Source: Hyphomicrobiales bacterium
Lineage (GTDB): Bacteria; Pseudomonadota; Alphaproteobacteria; Rhizobiales; Rhodomicrobiaceae
Direction of reading: 5' to 3'
NCBI GenBank assembly: GCA_003153975.1
Contig: PMBZ01000233.1
Span: 8,677 to 64,090 of the forward strand
DNA length: 55,414 nt
In this document: positions 38,696-48,501 of the stretch, one piece after another
Numbering within the stretch: the stretch's first letter is position 1
Layout: each line of letters starts with the position of its first letter
Position numbers and translations under genes: made by a program
The notes under the pieces: model-generated
What the model saw: only the letters and a program-made list of their open reading frames with translations
Database searches by the model: none
Told to the model about the DNA's origin: nothing

Positions 38696-39400
38696 CTACG
38701 AGGAGCCCGGCTTCGACAGCCGCTCAAGCTGAGCCTGCACGGCGCTGAGCTGCGCCTTAAGCTCGGCGATTTCGGCCGACGTCGCCGCATTCGCGGCGGC
38801 AGCATGGGGCTTCGGCTGCGCGGCCTTTGCGGGGGCCTCGCCTTCCTCCGGCTTGATGAGGGGCGCGAACATCGTAAACGCGCGCTCGAACAACGCCATG
38901 TTCTGCCGCGCCTGCTCTTGCATCGCCTCGAAGGTGGCGGCGCCGAACGTATCGGCAAGCTGCTTGCGGTATTTTTCCTGCTCGCGCGTCAGCGTTTCCA
39001 GGCTGAATTCAAGGTACTTGGGAACAAGCTGCTCGATGGAATGACCGTAGAACCGGATAAGCTGGCGCAAAAAGCCGATGGGCAGGAGGTTCGAGCCGCT
39101 TTTGCCCTCCTCCTCAACGATAATCTGGGTGAGCACGGAATGGGTCAGATCCTCGCCGGTTTTGGCGTCGTACACGAGGAAATCTCGCTCGGACCGGACC
39201 ATCTCGCCCAGGTCTTCAAGCGTTACGTAACTGCTTGTCTCTGTGTTATACAGACGCCGGTTCGCATATTTCTTGATAATGACCGGCTTACCCTTGTCCA
39301 GATCGGCGGCTCCCTTCTTCCCGGCACCCGGTTTGAGCGGCTGTACCGTAGCCTCATCGAATTCCGGGCCTTGCGATACCTTCTCCGCAGTCTTGTTCAT
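38696..39400 (-). CDS. phaR: Polyhydroxyalkanoate synthesis repressor
   Basis: IIKKYANRRLYNTETSSYVTLEDL, DAKTGEDLTHSVLTQII, FLRQLIRFYG. Confidence 0.96.
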   Translation of the reverse strand: MNKTAEKVSQGPEFDEATVQPLKPGAGKKGAADLDKGKPVIIKKYANRRLYNTETSSYVTLEDLGEMVRSERDFLVYDAKTGEDLTHSVLTQIIVEEEGKSGSNLLPIGFLRQLIRFYGHSIEQLVPKYLEFSLETLTREQEKYRKQLADTFGAATFEAMQEQARQNMALFERAFTMFAPLIKPEEGEAPAKAAQPKPHAAAANAATSAEIAELKAQLSAVQAQLERLSKPGSS

Positions 39401-39766
39401 CAAAGCGTCCACTGGTTGTCCCCGACACCTATCATAAAACAGGTTTCGGATTTTGCGCGGAATTTTTTCGCACATGCAAAAATTGGAGGCAAACCTGCCG
39501 TCCGGTTCGCAAGTGCGAGGAAGGCGGGACACCCAGACGGCTGTCAGACCGCCCTTTTCAACCACCCCGGATTGTGGCGCAGCCGGCGTAACGTCATTTG
39601 GAGCATTTTGCACCGGAAGCAACTGGCAGCCCCGGAGGGCAGCTACGGTGCTGGAACTCCGCAAGCGGCACAGGCTGCGATCTGGGGCTGTCACTCAGTT
39701 GTGCATTTCCAGTGTAAAACTTCCGGTTGCGCTTGATTCACAATCGGCTGCAACCGATAGTAGTGA

Positions 39767-39909
39767 CGCCACAAGATGGAAGCCCAACCATCTGGCCCCT
39801 AGCGTCCCCCCGCTAGGGACCGCACTCAACCTCCTCATTGCGAGGCTGAGCCCCTAGCTGCCAATGGCAGCGTAAACGGCTGGCAGCATACGCCAGCCGT
39901 TTACATTTC
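39767..39909 (+). ncRNA. Candidate multi-hairpin sRNA with C-rich anti-SD loops (alpha-r14/cuckoo-like)
   Basis: TTGATT-N17-GATAGT promoter; hairpins with loops AAGCCCAA, TCCCCC, CTCAACCTCCTCAT; 13-bp terminal stem 39872-39904. Confidence 0.55.
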
Positions 39910-39975
39910 TACTTCCGGCGCGCGCCCGTCCTTGCCAGCACGCGGCAGCACATATTTTGCCGGGAGCACATCGAG

Positions 39976-41055
39976 TCATTGCATCGCCGCGTAGCCTGCG
40001 GCAAGCGTTTCCATAATATTCGACATCCCGGCCCTGTCTCCCGAGCGTTCCGCAACCAGGAAGGCATCGGCCAGCTTTTGCGCTATGCCGCTGGCAGCCT
40101 TTGTACGCTGTTCGGCCAGCTTGGCGACCCCGGCGATGGCTGCTTCCCTGTCAGCTTCCGGCGCTGCGACAAGCTTCTTCGTCGCCTCCAGGATTTGAAC
40201 CGTCAGGAGCTGGCCGTTCCACGAGGGGTGGAATGGCACCCAAAGCAGCTTCGATAGCGCGGCGCGCGCGGCCGCATTTTCCTCCGCTGTACCGAAACGG
40301 CCGTAGCCCAAAAAGAATTTGCAGAGCTTGACCTTGATGGATGGGTCGAGATCCTTGCGCCAGACCAGCGGATCGAGCGGAAGCGGCGGCGAACTCCAGA
40401 TAACGCGAATCTGCTTGACCATCGCGGGCTTCGCTACCGTCAGCCGCTCCATTTCGTCGCTATTGAAGGTTGCCACGTCCAGCTTACGCCCCGCGACCGC
40501 GACGGCATTCGCCTCATGATTGGCGGTATGGACCGATTTAAAACAAGTCTGGGGATCGATGCCTTCGGCCGCGAAAATGTAGGTTGCGGGCGCGAGGTAG
40601 CCGGAGGTCGAGTTGGGATCGCCAATGCCGAAATCGAGCGACCGCCCGCATTTCAGCACGTCCTCAAGGGACCGCAGCGGGCTATCGGCGTGCACGATCA
40701 ACTGCGAATCATAGTCGGTTTCCCCCTCCTTCTTCGCGATCTGCGCGAAAACCTCCGCGTTCGCGCGGGCCACCGCCTCCACCGCCGCCTTGTTGCCGAG
40801 CCAGGCAATCTGCACCTCATTCCGGGCCATGGCGTCCACCAGAGCCCCGTAGGTAGGCGCGTAGTACGCAGTCACCTGCACTCCTAATGCAGCCGATTGT
40901 GCAGCCAGGAATTGCTCCCAATTCGGCCACATGGTCTCCCAGGCCTCTGTGGAGAAAAGCCCGAACTTGATTTCTGACCGGGGACCGGCGAACGCCGCCG
41001 TACAAAGCGCGAGCAGGACCGTCAAGGCAAGGCGGATCGATCTTAAACCCGGCAT
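39976..41055 (-). CDS. phnD: Phosphonate/phosphite ABC transporter substrate-binding protein
   Basis: IAWLGNKAAVEAV, GDPNSTSGYLAP, NHEANAVAVA, IWSSP.LP.DPLVWRKDL. Confidence 0.88.
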   Translation of the reverse strand: MPGLRSIRLALTVLLALCTAAFAGPRSEIKFGLFSTEAWETMWPNWEQFLAAQSAALGVQVTAYYAPTYGALVDAMARNEVQIAWLGNKAAVEAVARANAEVFAQIAKKEGETDYDSQLIVHADSPLRSLEDVLKCGRSLDFGIGDPNSTSGYLAPATYIFAAEGIDPQTCFKSVHTANHEANAVAVAGRKLDVATFNSDEMERLTVAKPAMVKQIRVIWSSPPLPLDPLVWRKDLDPSIKVKLCKFFLGYGRFGTAEENAAARAALSKLLWVPFHPSWNGQLLTVQILEATKKLVAAPEADREAAIAGVAKLAEQRTKAASGIAQKLADAFLVAERSGDRAGMSNIMETLAAGYAAMQ

Positions 41056-41803
41056 ACCGGCCTCTCCTGCGGAACGCGGCTTCTTCCAAATTGCAAGTGC
41101 CTGCGCAATCGGGCTTGAGCCTGCTGCAAAGCATTAGTTATGCAGGTTACGCATCATTAGCCTCGTTAGTAAACGGCGCGAAGGTCGCAGTGCCAAGGCA
41201 GTCAAACATTTGCGTGCGCAGTATAAGGCTATTCGATTCCGGCAATAAGAGAGTGCCTCAATTTTCACCGCCGGACCGTGTGCCTGTGTCCTGCTGCCTG
41301 CCGTGCCGGCAAAGCGCCGCAAATCTCCCCCGGAAAAGTCCGGAAGCCGGCTGACAGAGGTGATCGCGGGAGTGTCGCGGGAGTTGCCGAGGAGAGGGCC
41401 GTATGTATCCCCGGCGCATACCGATTCGTTTTTCGCTCTCCTCAGAGGTTCCAGCAAGGCCTCATTGCCCAGGAGCGCAGCGTATTCCCGTGAAAAAACC
41501 TATACGAATCAGGCGACGACCTCCAAAAAAGGACACTTTCCTTACTATTTCCGCGCGGTTGTTTACACGTCCTTTACTTTTTTCCGGGTATCGTCCTCAA
41601 GACGAGCGAAGCCCCCCGGCGCAAGTAAGAGTGGTGGCTTTTGCCTGGAACCAAAATCTCCTTAAACACTCTGACTGTAACCGGTAAGCTCACGCTTTGG
41701 CCCCATTTCTTTGTTAGGCTTCCGTCAGCGTAATTATTCGGTTATAAGTGCCCAATGGGGGCAAAGTTAGTAAGTGTGCTTGCTTGGTTCGACGGCGAAA
41801 TCA

Positions 41804-42040
41804 ATGACGGACCTTACCCAATTCGAAAACCGCTTTGCGGATGCCTGCCGCGCAAGACGCCTTTCTCCGCAACAGGTTGCGGTGCAGGCTGGCCTGCCGG
41901 CAGAAGCTGGACGGGATCTCGCAGCAACTGCGATCCATCTTCCTCTGTACAGGTTGTGCTACGTCGCGGACGCACTTAACGTGAGCCTGGACTGGCTACT
42001 CTCCAGGGAGCCTGCGGCTCTGGAGAAAAAACGGGCGTAA
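41804..42040 (+). CDS. Small XRE-like HTH protein
   Basis: VADALNVSLDWLL C-terminal HTH_3 signature. Confidence 0.65.
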   Translation: MTDLTQFENRFADACRARRLSPQQVAVQAGLPAEAGRDLAATAIHLPLYRLCYVADALNVSLDWLLSREPAALEKKRA

Positions 42041-42074
42041 TTTCTGGGGGCGAACGGGGGGCAGCCGCTGCCGC

Positions 42075-42878
42075 TCATCTGCGATGCCGGCCTTTGCTGG
42101 CTTCGTAGAAGACGATGGCGGCTGCGTTCGATATATTCAGGCTTTTAATCTTTCCCGGCGCGTGCAAGGCATAAAGCGCATCGCATCCCTCGCGTATCAG
42201 GCGCCTCAACCCCTTGTCTTCAGCTCCGAAAACGAAAGCGGCCCGGTGCGCGGCTGCCGCCTCGGCGCCGAACGTATGCGCCGCTTCGGAATCGAAGCCC
42301 GCGCAGATGAAGTCCCTTTCCTTGAGCCGCTCCAGCGCCCGCGCGAGATTGACCGTAGCGATCACCGGCACTTGCTCCACCGCGCCGGAGGCCGCTTTCG
42401 CCAAGGTTCCGGTAAGCGGCGGGCTGTGCCGGTCCTGCACGATGAGCGCCGCAATGCCGAAAGCCGCAGCCGAACGTAGCACCGCGCCCACATTATGCGG
42501 GTCGGTGACCTGATCGAGCATGGCAACAACGGCGGGCGCCCCCTCGGGAAGCGCATCGAGGAATTCGTCCAAGCCAGGCTGGGCGAGCGGAGCGGCGTCA
42601 AGCACGATACCCTGATGTACCGTGCCCGGATTGGTGAGCGCATCCAATTCGTGGGGATGCAGCGCCGTCACTGGGATTTTTCTGGCGGCAATGAGCGGCT
42701 CAAGCTTGGCCGCGGCGTTTTCTGTCGCATAGGCGTGGCGGATCGAGCGCTTCTGGTTCAGAAGCGCCGCCTCCGCCGCGTGCAGGCCGAAAATGGCGCG
42801 CTCCTGCGGAAGGGAGGCATGCGCCGGCTTGCCGCCCGTGGGCTTCGCATTCCGGAAGTCTTTCTGTCTGCGCTTCAT
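42075..42878 (-). CDS. rlmB: 23S rRNA 2'-O-methyltransferase (SpoU/TrmH family)
   Basis: HQGIVL, LDQVTDPHNVGAVLRSAAAFG, GAEDKGLR, SLNISNAAA. Confidence 0.92.
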   Translation of the reverse strand: MKRRQKDFRNAKPTGGKPAHASLPQERAIFGLHAAEAALLNQKRSIRHAYATENAAAKLEPLIAARKIPVTALHPHELDALTNPGTVHQGIVLDAAPLAQPGLDEFLDALPEGAPAVVAMLDQVTDPHNVGAVLRSAAAFGIAALIVQDRHSPPLTGTLAKAASGAVEQVPVIATVNLARALERLKERDFICAGFDSEAAHTFGAEAAAAHRAAFVFGAEDKGLRRLIREGCDALYALHAPGKIKSLNISNAAAIVFYEASKGRHRR

Positions 42879-43396
42879 ACCAAGCCCGCTAGTGTTCTTC
42901 CCCGCCCGCGCGGCCCGGAATTGTAAAGCGCCGCGCCCCCGGCGCCGTTCCAGCATGGCAATTGCAGGCTTCGATGTAACGCCATTTTAACTCTCTCCGC
43001 AGCTCCTCTGGCCGTTTTGCGATGGGCGGAAAAGTGCTTCCCGATTTCGAAGTAATTTAGCAGAAGTGTCTTGAATAAGCGTTAAGTGCAATTCTTCTGT
43101 CTAAGCTATTGATATAGCGCAAATAATTAGCGGCGGCTACTGCCGTGCGCGGCGATGGCGAATGTTCCCTTTTGGTTAATTTGCAATATTAGATTATATT
43201 TAACGGGCTTTTTGAAGCATGAAAATCGAGCAGAATCTAGATAAAAATCGCAAAAATGCGGCGGAAAAAGATATGAGGCCGGCGCGTTTACCATATCCAT
43301 ATTAACCATGATTGCCGCCTACGCGAAACTTCGATGTGGGAGGAGCCGCTTAAACTCCAGCTGCGGAAATTCTGACGAGAGAGTCTCCCGGTCTAC

Positions 43397-44140
43397 TCAC
43401 CGGCCCACCGCGACGAAAGGCAGCTCCCGCCACTTGATGCTTGCTGGATCGATAGTAAGGCCGTCAGGCAGCACACCGACCTCGACAAGCTGAGCGTACT
43501 CTGAAGCGCCCGATGCGCGGACGCGTTCGATGAATGCGCCGGAAAATGCCACCTCGACAGCAGCCTGAGTGCCGAACATGTGTATGCCGCCACAGAGCAG
43601 CGCAAGATTGCCCTGGTCGTTCGCAGCCCGGTATATAATACCGTAGTCTTTCGTTACGATAGTCTCGAATTCTTGATCGGGAGCGTGGGCACAGCGATAC
43701 GTTTTTCCATCCGGCATGCGAAAATACTGATGCGCCTCATCACCCCGGACAACGGTTATACCTGTCTTACTTTTAATGTCATCCAGAGTGACCTGGGATA
43801 TTTTGCTCTTGCGGCTGAGACCCAATATTATCCAATCTCCGTGGCTGGCATTATCATATTGAAACCTCAGCTTCGCGGGCGTTCCGTGCAGTATTTTCGA
43901 TAACAATTGAAGGGATAGCGTTTCACTTGAATGCGTGTACGCCCTTTTGGATTTCCCTCCGCGCCCCGCCGATAGCACCTCCAGGCTAGCTCTGATAAAT
44001 ATCTCGCACGTTTGATTGTTATGGCTAATCGGCAAAACGGCGCCGAGCTTGCGCAACCGAAGCCATGGCTTCACCTTCTCATACAATTGGTCCAATAGAA
44101 ACTGTATTAATGCCCCAAGCACCAAGTATAGAATTTCCAT
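43397..44140 (-). CDS. Hypothetical protein with N-terminal membrane anchor
   Basis: 247-aa ORF, GGAGG SD; DYGIIYR...LLCGGIHMFGTQAA motif. Confidence 0.75.
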   Translation of the reverse strand: MEILYLVLGALIQFLLDQLYEKVKPWLRLRKLGAVLPISHNNQTCEIFIRASLEVLSAGRGGKSKRAYTHSSETLSLQLLSKILHGTPAKLRFQYDNASHGDWIILGLSRKSKISQVTLDDIKSKTGITVVRGDEAHQYFRMPDGKTYRCAHAPDQEFETIVTKDYGIIYRAANDQGNLALLCGGIHMFGTQAAVEVAFSGAFIERVRASGASEYAQLVEVGVLPDGLTIDPASIKWRELPFVAVGR

Positions 44141-44483
44141 GCCTCCACCCCCCGGAACCGTTGCGGCTCCGATACGGCTGAGCCCAACGCAGTTTTACGG
44201 AATATTCTCAAATCGGGCAGCAATAGGAAGACATATTGTTTTAAGAATGGCCGTGCATCCGAAGGCGAGCCGTCCCCTCAACGATTCGTAACATGACTTT
44301 GCCCGGCGCCGCGCACCGTGATAGCGTTGGCGGGCGGATCGATGTGCCCGCCGCCGTGTCGCCCCGCCTACCTCGCGAAAGCCGTTGGCCGCGGTTTGCG
44401 CCAGAACAGCCCCGCCGGCACCGCGGGCTTCCGGCCGATCGAGGTCTTGGACTTCGCCATATATGCACTCGAAGGAGGGCTCC

Positions 44484-45203
44484 ATGAATATTGGCATCGT
44501 TTGCAATGGAAGGCACCTTCAGGCGCGAAGTTGGGAAATGTCCGTCTGGGGACAATCCGGCCAAATGGGGCAGATTCCGGCGGCCATCAGGGCGCTTCAG
44601 CAATTCTCAAAAATGGGCCGCATCGTTGCCCTGGCTTTTGGAACGGGGGCGTCCGAAAGAAATGGAATTCCGGAGGGACAGGTCATGGTGGACTTCATGT
44701 TTGCCAACCTCCACCGCCTGGCAACCGAGTTTCCCTACTTTTCAAAAATGACTGGGGAAGAATTGGACCGCCTCCGGACGCGGCTGTCTCGCGTAACCGT
44801 TGCCGAGACGGTGTCGAAAAATACGGCGGAGGAATTTCTGGAGACGATGAAAATCTTCCGGGACCGGGAGGTTGACCTTGTGATCGACGTGACAAGCAAG
44901 ACGCATGCTCCGCGCTGCATGCTTGAGCTGTCGAAAATCTGGGAGACGCTCGATTACAAGCCGCGGGAAGGATTCCTTGTGGTCCCCGCGGAGACCGGCT
45001 ACGGCGCTGTCCCCCACGGCGACCAGGGCGTGGTCATCTTCGAGTATCCCCATCGAGGAGATACACCTCAAGAGTACGTGGAATTGTATGAGCTGGCCAA
45101 AAATCTAAGCCAGCATTTTCTGGGGAGGAATGCCCCCCGGCGCCGCAGTCTCTTAGATGAACTAAGAAAGCTGCTGGAAACCAAAACGGCAAGCGCCCCT
45201 TAA
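44484..45203 (+). CDS. DUF218/YdcF(ElyC/SanA)-like protein, divergent
   Basis: FGTGASE...EGQVM, E..SKNTAEE, VTSKTHAPR correspond to DUF218 SGG / E..S.NT.EN / VTS..H..R motifs; AAGGAGG SD. Confidence 0.65.
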   Translation: MNIGIVCNGRHLQARSWEMSVWGQSGQMGQIPAAIRALQQFSKMGRIVALAFGTGASERNGIPEGQVMVDFMFANLHRLATEFPYFSKMTGEELDRLRTRLSRVTVAETVSKNTAEEFLETMKIFRDREVDLVIDVTSKTHAPRCMLELSKIWETLDYKPREGFLVVPAETGYGAVPHGDQGVVIFEYPHRGDTPQEYVELYELAKNLSQHFLGRNAPRRRSLLDELRKLLETKTASAP

Positions 45204-45707
45204 TACCGGCAATCTCTCCCTGCCCTCTTCATCCCGCCGGCAAGGATCGCCTCTCCCGCGGAGATCTTGCTGAAGTGAAAATCTTCGCCACGCTCCAGGT
45301 TCCCGGCTGGTGGATACGCACCCCAATGATCTCAGCCTTGGGCCAAGAGCCGTCCTGTCCCTGTGGACTGAAAAGCGGCTGGAGGCGTCGAATTTCTTGC
45401 TCTGACAGCAAACCAGGGCATCTACATGTTAGACTTTGAACGAGAGTCAGAACAACCATACAGTCAATATCAAGCCTAAGTTTAGATTATTATTCGCTAC
45501 CAAGTCTCTTTCGGTAAGGTGTTTCAGCGTCATCCAAGTGCTTCAATGTCTATGGCTCCTAATGCACTCGAATGACAGGGTATACTCTTCTTGATATATA
45601 TCAAAGCGTGTCAGTTACTTGCAAGCCTATACTCGCAACGATTAGAAGAGCAGATAGTTCGCCACCGGCAAGCGACCAGTAGTGTTGGGCAAAGGTAGGA
45701 GCGAAAC

Positions 45708-45980
45708 ATGTCCCGGCGAATGATGAACGCTATTCTCATCGGCTGTTTCATGTTCCCTGTCTTGGGTGCAAACCGGGCAACAGCCGATTGCCTGAGCCAA
45801 TGTGAATCGGAATTCAGCACCTGCCTGAGAGGCTGTTCCCCCCAGAACGCGAAGGCTTGCGTGGATTCGTGTTGGCGTGGCGCTTCGGCGTGCCGGAAGC
45901 GATGTCAAAGCCACCTTCCATCGGCTTCACCGTTCAGCCAGGCGGCGGACTGGATTTCCTGGAGAAACACAGAGAGATAA
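45708..45980 (+). CDS. Secreted 8-Cys peptide (four CX3C motifs)
   Basis: AGGAG SD, signal peptide ending ATA, C-x3-C-x6-C-x3-C-x7-C-x3-C-x6-C-x3-C. Confidence 0.75.
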   Translation: MSRRMMNAILIGCFMFPVLGANRATADCLSQCESEFSTCLRGCSPQNAKACVDSCWRGASACRKRCQSHLPSASPFSQAADWISWRNTER

Positions 45981-46032
45981 CGAAGGATGACGGGGGAAGC
46001 AGTATGAAACGCTAACGGGAATGGAGCGTACC

Positions 46033-46302
46033 ATGCGTACTATCATTGGAACTCTTGGCTTAGCAGTTATACTTATAACTAGCTCTGCCTTCGCGGAACC
46101 TAGTTGTTCTGTTGCCAAGCCTGAGCCTGTGCTCAAGGTCTTGGCCTTTGCTGGACCGAGTTGTATCGCCAAGCCCGACACTATGGTCCGTAAGGCGTTT
46201 TGCGGCCAGTGCACCAAGAACTCGGATTGCGGCGTCTCGCCTTGCCATTGCACGAACACCGCGGGGCCAGGGTTGCCGGTTTGCAACGAGTGTAAGTGCT
46301 AA
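46033..46302 (+). CDS. Secreted Cys-rich peptide (10 Cys)
   Basis: GGAG SD, signal ending AFA, C-terminal CGQCTKNSDCGVSPCHC...CNECKC. Confidence 0.75.
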   Translation: MRTIIGTLGLAVILITSSAFAEPSCSVAKPEPVLKVLAFAGPSCIAKPDTMVRKAFCGQCTKNSDCGVSPCHCTNTAGPGLPVCNECKC

Positions 46303-46439
46303 GGCGCCGCCTGGCTTGTTCTCTAGCCCAGCAGCTCGCGGCGCAAAAAGGTTGCCATATCTTGGATATGCGCCTTTTTGCGCCTTGCGGCTGGCCAATA
46401 TTCCGGTGCCATCCGGCTCGCTTATTCCCGAGCGATGCC

Positions 46440-46853
46440 TTAGTGCCGCAGCGTCAGGGAGGCCGATCCGCTATCGCTCCTGAGCGAGACGGTCTGGCTG
46501 TTGCCGTGAACGGTTACGTGAATTCTGCCCTGGATGCCGTATTGCGCGTTATGGAACGAGCCCGCATAGCTGTCTGGGCCGGCTTGGCGCATCTGCGCGG
46601 TTTGCTCGACGCTGCCGGACGCCGTGGCGCACACGCCGCTCATAGTGACGGAATGGCCGGATTGGGAATAATGGGCGCGGCATTTGGCGCGCTCGCGGTG
46701 CCCATCGGAAAAGGTGACGACACCGCCTCCGCTCCAGGAGCCGCCGAGCCCCTCGGCCTTCGCTTGGGCAACCGGGCATGCAGCCGCGGCTAGCGCAACT
46801 CCAAGGACTGCTCCAATTTTGAGCGATGCAAGCCGTAGCCTGGACTGATTCAT
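46440..46853 (-). CDS. Exported hypothetical protein
   Basis: Signal peptide; GSWSGGG.V....G.RERAKCRA.Y; GGAGG SD. Confidence 0.8.
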   Translation of the reverse strand: MNQSRLRLASLKIGAVLGVALAAAACPVAQAKAEGLGGSWSGGGVVTFSDGHRERAKCRAHYSQSGHSVTMSGVCATASGSVEQTAQMRQAGPDSYAGSFHNAQYGIQGRIHVTVHGNSQTVSLRSDSGSASLTLRH

Positions 46854-46962
46854 TGAGTACCTCCGCAACTCCCGTTAAACAGGTAGCTGGTTGTGTATCC
46901 TACAACCTCTAATACCTATTTAATGGACACCGGCAGCGCGCGGCGTGGCCGATGAGCCTGCC

Positions 46963-47154
46963 TCAGGCCGGGGACAGCTTGGGGCGTTCTCTCCGGTCTA
47001 ATGCCTCAATCAGCTCGATGAGGTCGGCGGCATCGTAGCCTCGCTTCATATAGGCCTTGATGATTTCCGCCGGCCAATCGTGCTCCGCGTTGCGCAGCGC
47101 TTCCCGGACGGCCTCGGGCAATTCGTCGAATGTATTCCAGTCCGGTTTGTTCAT
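46963..47154 (-). CDS. Small hypothetical protein
   Basis: FDELPEAVREALRNA..DW motif. Confidence 0.6.
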   Translation of the reverse strand: MNKPDWNTFDELPEAVREALRNAEHDWPAEIIKAYMKRGYDAADLIELIEALDRRERPKLSPA

Positions 47155-47187
47155 CTGGGCGTCCTGGGCATGCGGCCAACGCCGGAG

Positions 47188-47532
47188 CTATTGGCAGGAT
47201 AGCTTAAACGTATCGTTTTTGAACTCCTCGTATTCGCATTTGCCTATCCTGGTGCTGAGCTGCACGTCGGAACTTGTTCCGTCCGCATACTGGCAGTGAA
47301 CCCAGACGGACCGGCCCGCGTCGTAGACGTAGCCCAGTTCCCAGTAACCGCTGTTTTTTCCCGTCTGCTCCGGAACCAAGGACGCCAGTTCCGATGGCGG
47401 CCCATCGAACACCATAATGGAGCGGAGGGCTTGGGATTTGGCCGCGCAAACCTCGGCGCCAACCGCGTGCCCGGTAAAGCATGCCGAGGCCATGGCGATC
47501 AGCGGAATTGAAAGCGTCCTGTTCCAGCGCAT
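47188..47532 (-). CDS. Exported protein, STY0301-like
   Basis: Signal; VFDGPPSELASLVP...W.L.Y......VHCQY...KC......LSC. Confidence 0.7.
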   Translation of the reverse strand: MRWNRTLSIPLIAMASACFTGHAVGAEVCAAKSQALRSIMVFDGPPSELASLVPEQTGKNSGYWELGYVYDAGRSVWVHCQYADGTSSDVQLSTRIGKCEYEEFKNDTFKLSCQ

Positions 47533-47619
47533 GCAAATTGTCTCCCTTTTCCAGGCATCTTTTTCAAGCATCCGTGAGCGCCTGTCTACAGCCGCAGCGG
47601 CGATACGCAGGTTTTCGCT

Positions 47620-47850
47620 GGGAAGAAGCATTTGAGCGCGAGCAGCGCGAGAGGTGCATCGAAGGGGACGATCTCGATCTCCGCATCGGCAATGATTTCA
47701 CTGAGTGCGCCCAGCCCTGCCTAACCCCGGCGGCTGCGAGCGATCATGCCGGCCTCAAGAAGTGTAACCGCGGAGACGACCTTGCGGTTTGCGCATGCCC
47801 GGGCTCGTTCTGAGGATGGCAACCAGCGCTGAGCTATCGATAACGATCAC
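47620..47850 (-). pseudogene. vapC: VapC (PIN) toxin, frameshifted and truncated
   Basis: GTG start MIVIDSSALVAIL; later frame ADAEIEIVPFDA; no intact C-terminus. Confidence 0.75.
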
Positions 47851-48113
47851 TCGGGCACGGCGTCTTCGTTGTAGCCGATAATCTCGCCGGGGCTGCGGTC
47901 ATCGAGGACGGGAAGTGCCGCCACGCGCTCGGCGATTACCTTGAGGCGCCGCTCGATTTCCTCGGGTGTGCGGCGGCGGGGCTTGGCCGGAATGCCGGCC
48001 GCTTCGGCGCATGCCTCCACCGCCTCTTTAAGAATGTCACTGGGCGTTTTGCCTGTCTCGATCGCGACAAGCCGGGTTAGCTGCTCGATTTACAGCGGTA
48101 CTTGCAGAGTCAT
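47847..48113 (-). pseudogene. vapB: VapB antitoxin (Rv0623-like) with premature TAA at codon 8
   Basis: MTLQVPL*IEQLTRLVAIETGKT...LPVLDDRSPGEIIGYNEDAVPE*; GTGA overlap with vapC. Confidence 0.75.
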
Positions 48114-48501
48114 CGGGGACTTCCGTTCGTGAAGGCTTAGCACAGTACCGGACAAATTGCATGAGTAGCCCGCAACCGGCGGCATCCTTGTCGAAAAAGC
48201 ACGGGAGCAGGAACGCAGGCAAAGGCCGGCCTGCGGCATCGTGGGGCGCGGCCTTTCACCGCCCCCTCCTGTCATGAAGAGGATTGTTTCCTTTATTATG
48301 CAGTCTGAGGTAGCAGGCCGAGGGGAAGCGGTTACGGCTTTATGAAACTTTGGTGGGGCCTAACGGCCTCGGGTGTTGCAGGTTCGTTGACAGCTACGTT
48401 GATCCGTACGATGGTTTTCACTGGGAAGAAGCGTTTGAGCGCGTGCGGCAAGCTCATAATATTACTTAACTATTCGCGCTGCCGCATCCGGGGTGACGGC
48501 A

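Noticed and set aside
39401-39694. Long N-terminal extension of PhaR
   Set aside because: No family similarity; likely promoter region, start placed at 39400
41100-41760. Possible riboswitch upstream of phnD
   Set aside because: No recognisable aptamer consensus by eye; needs an Infernal search
48387-48412. TTGACA...TACGAT promoter for iorA
   Set aside because: Spacer is only 14 bp
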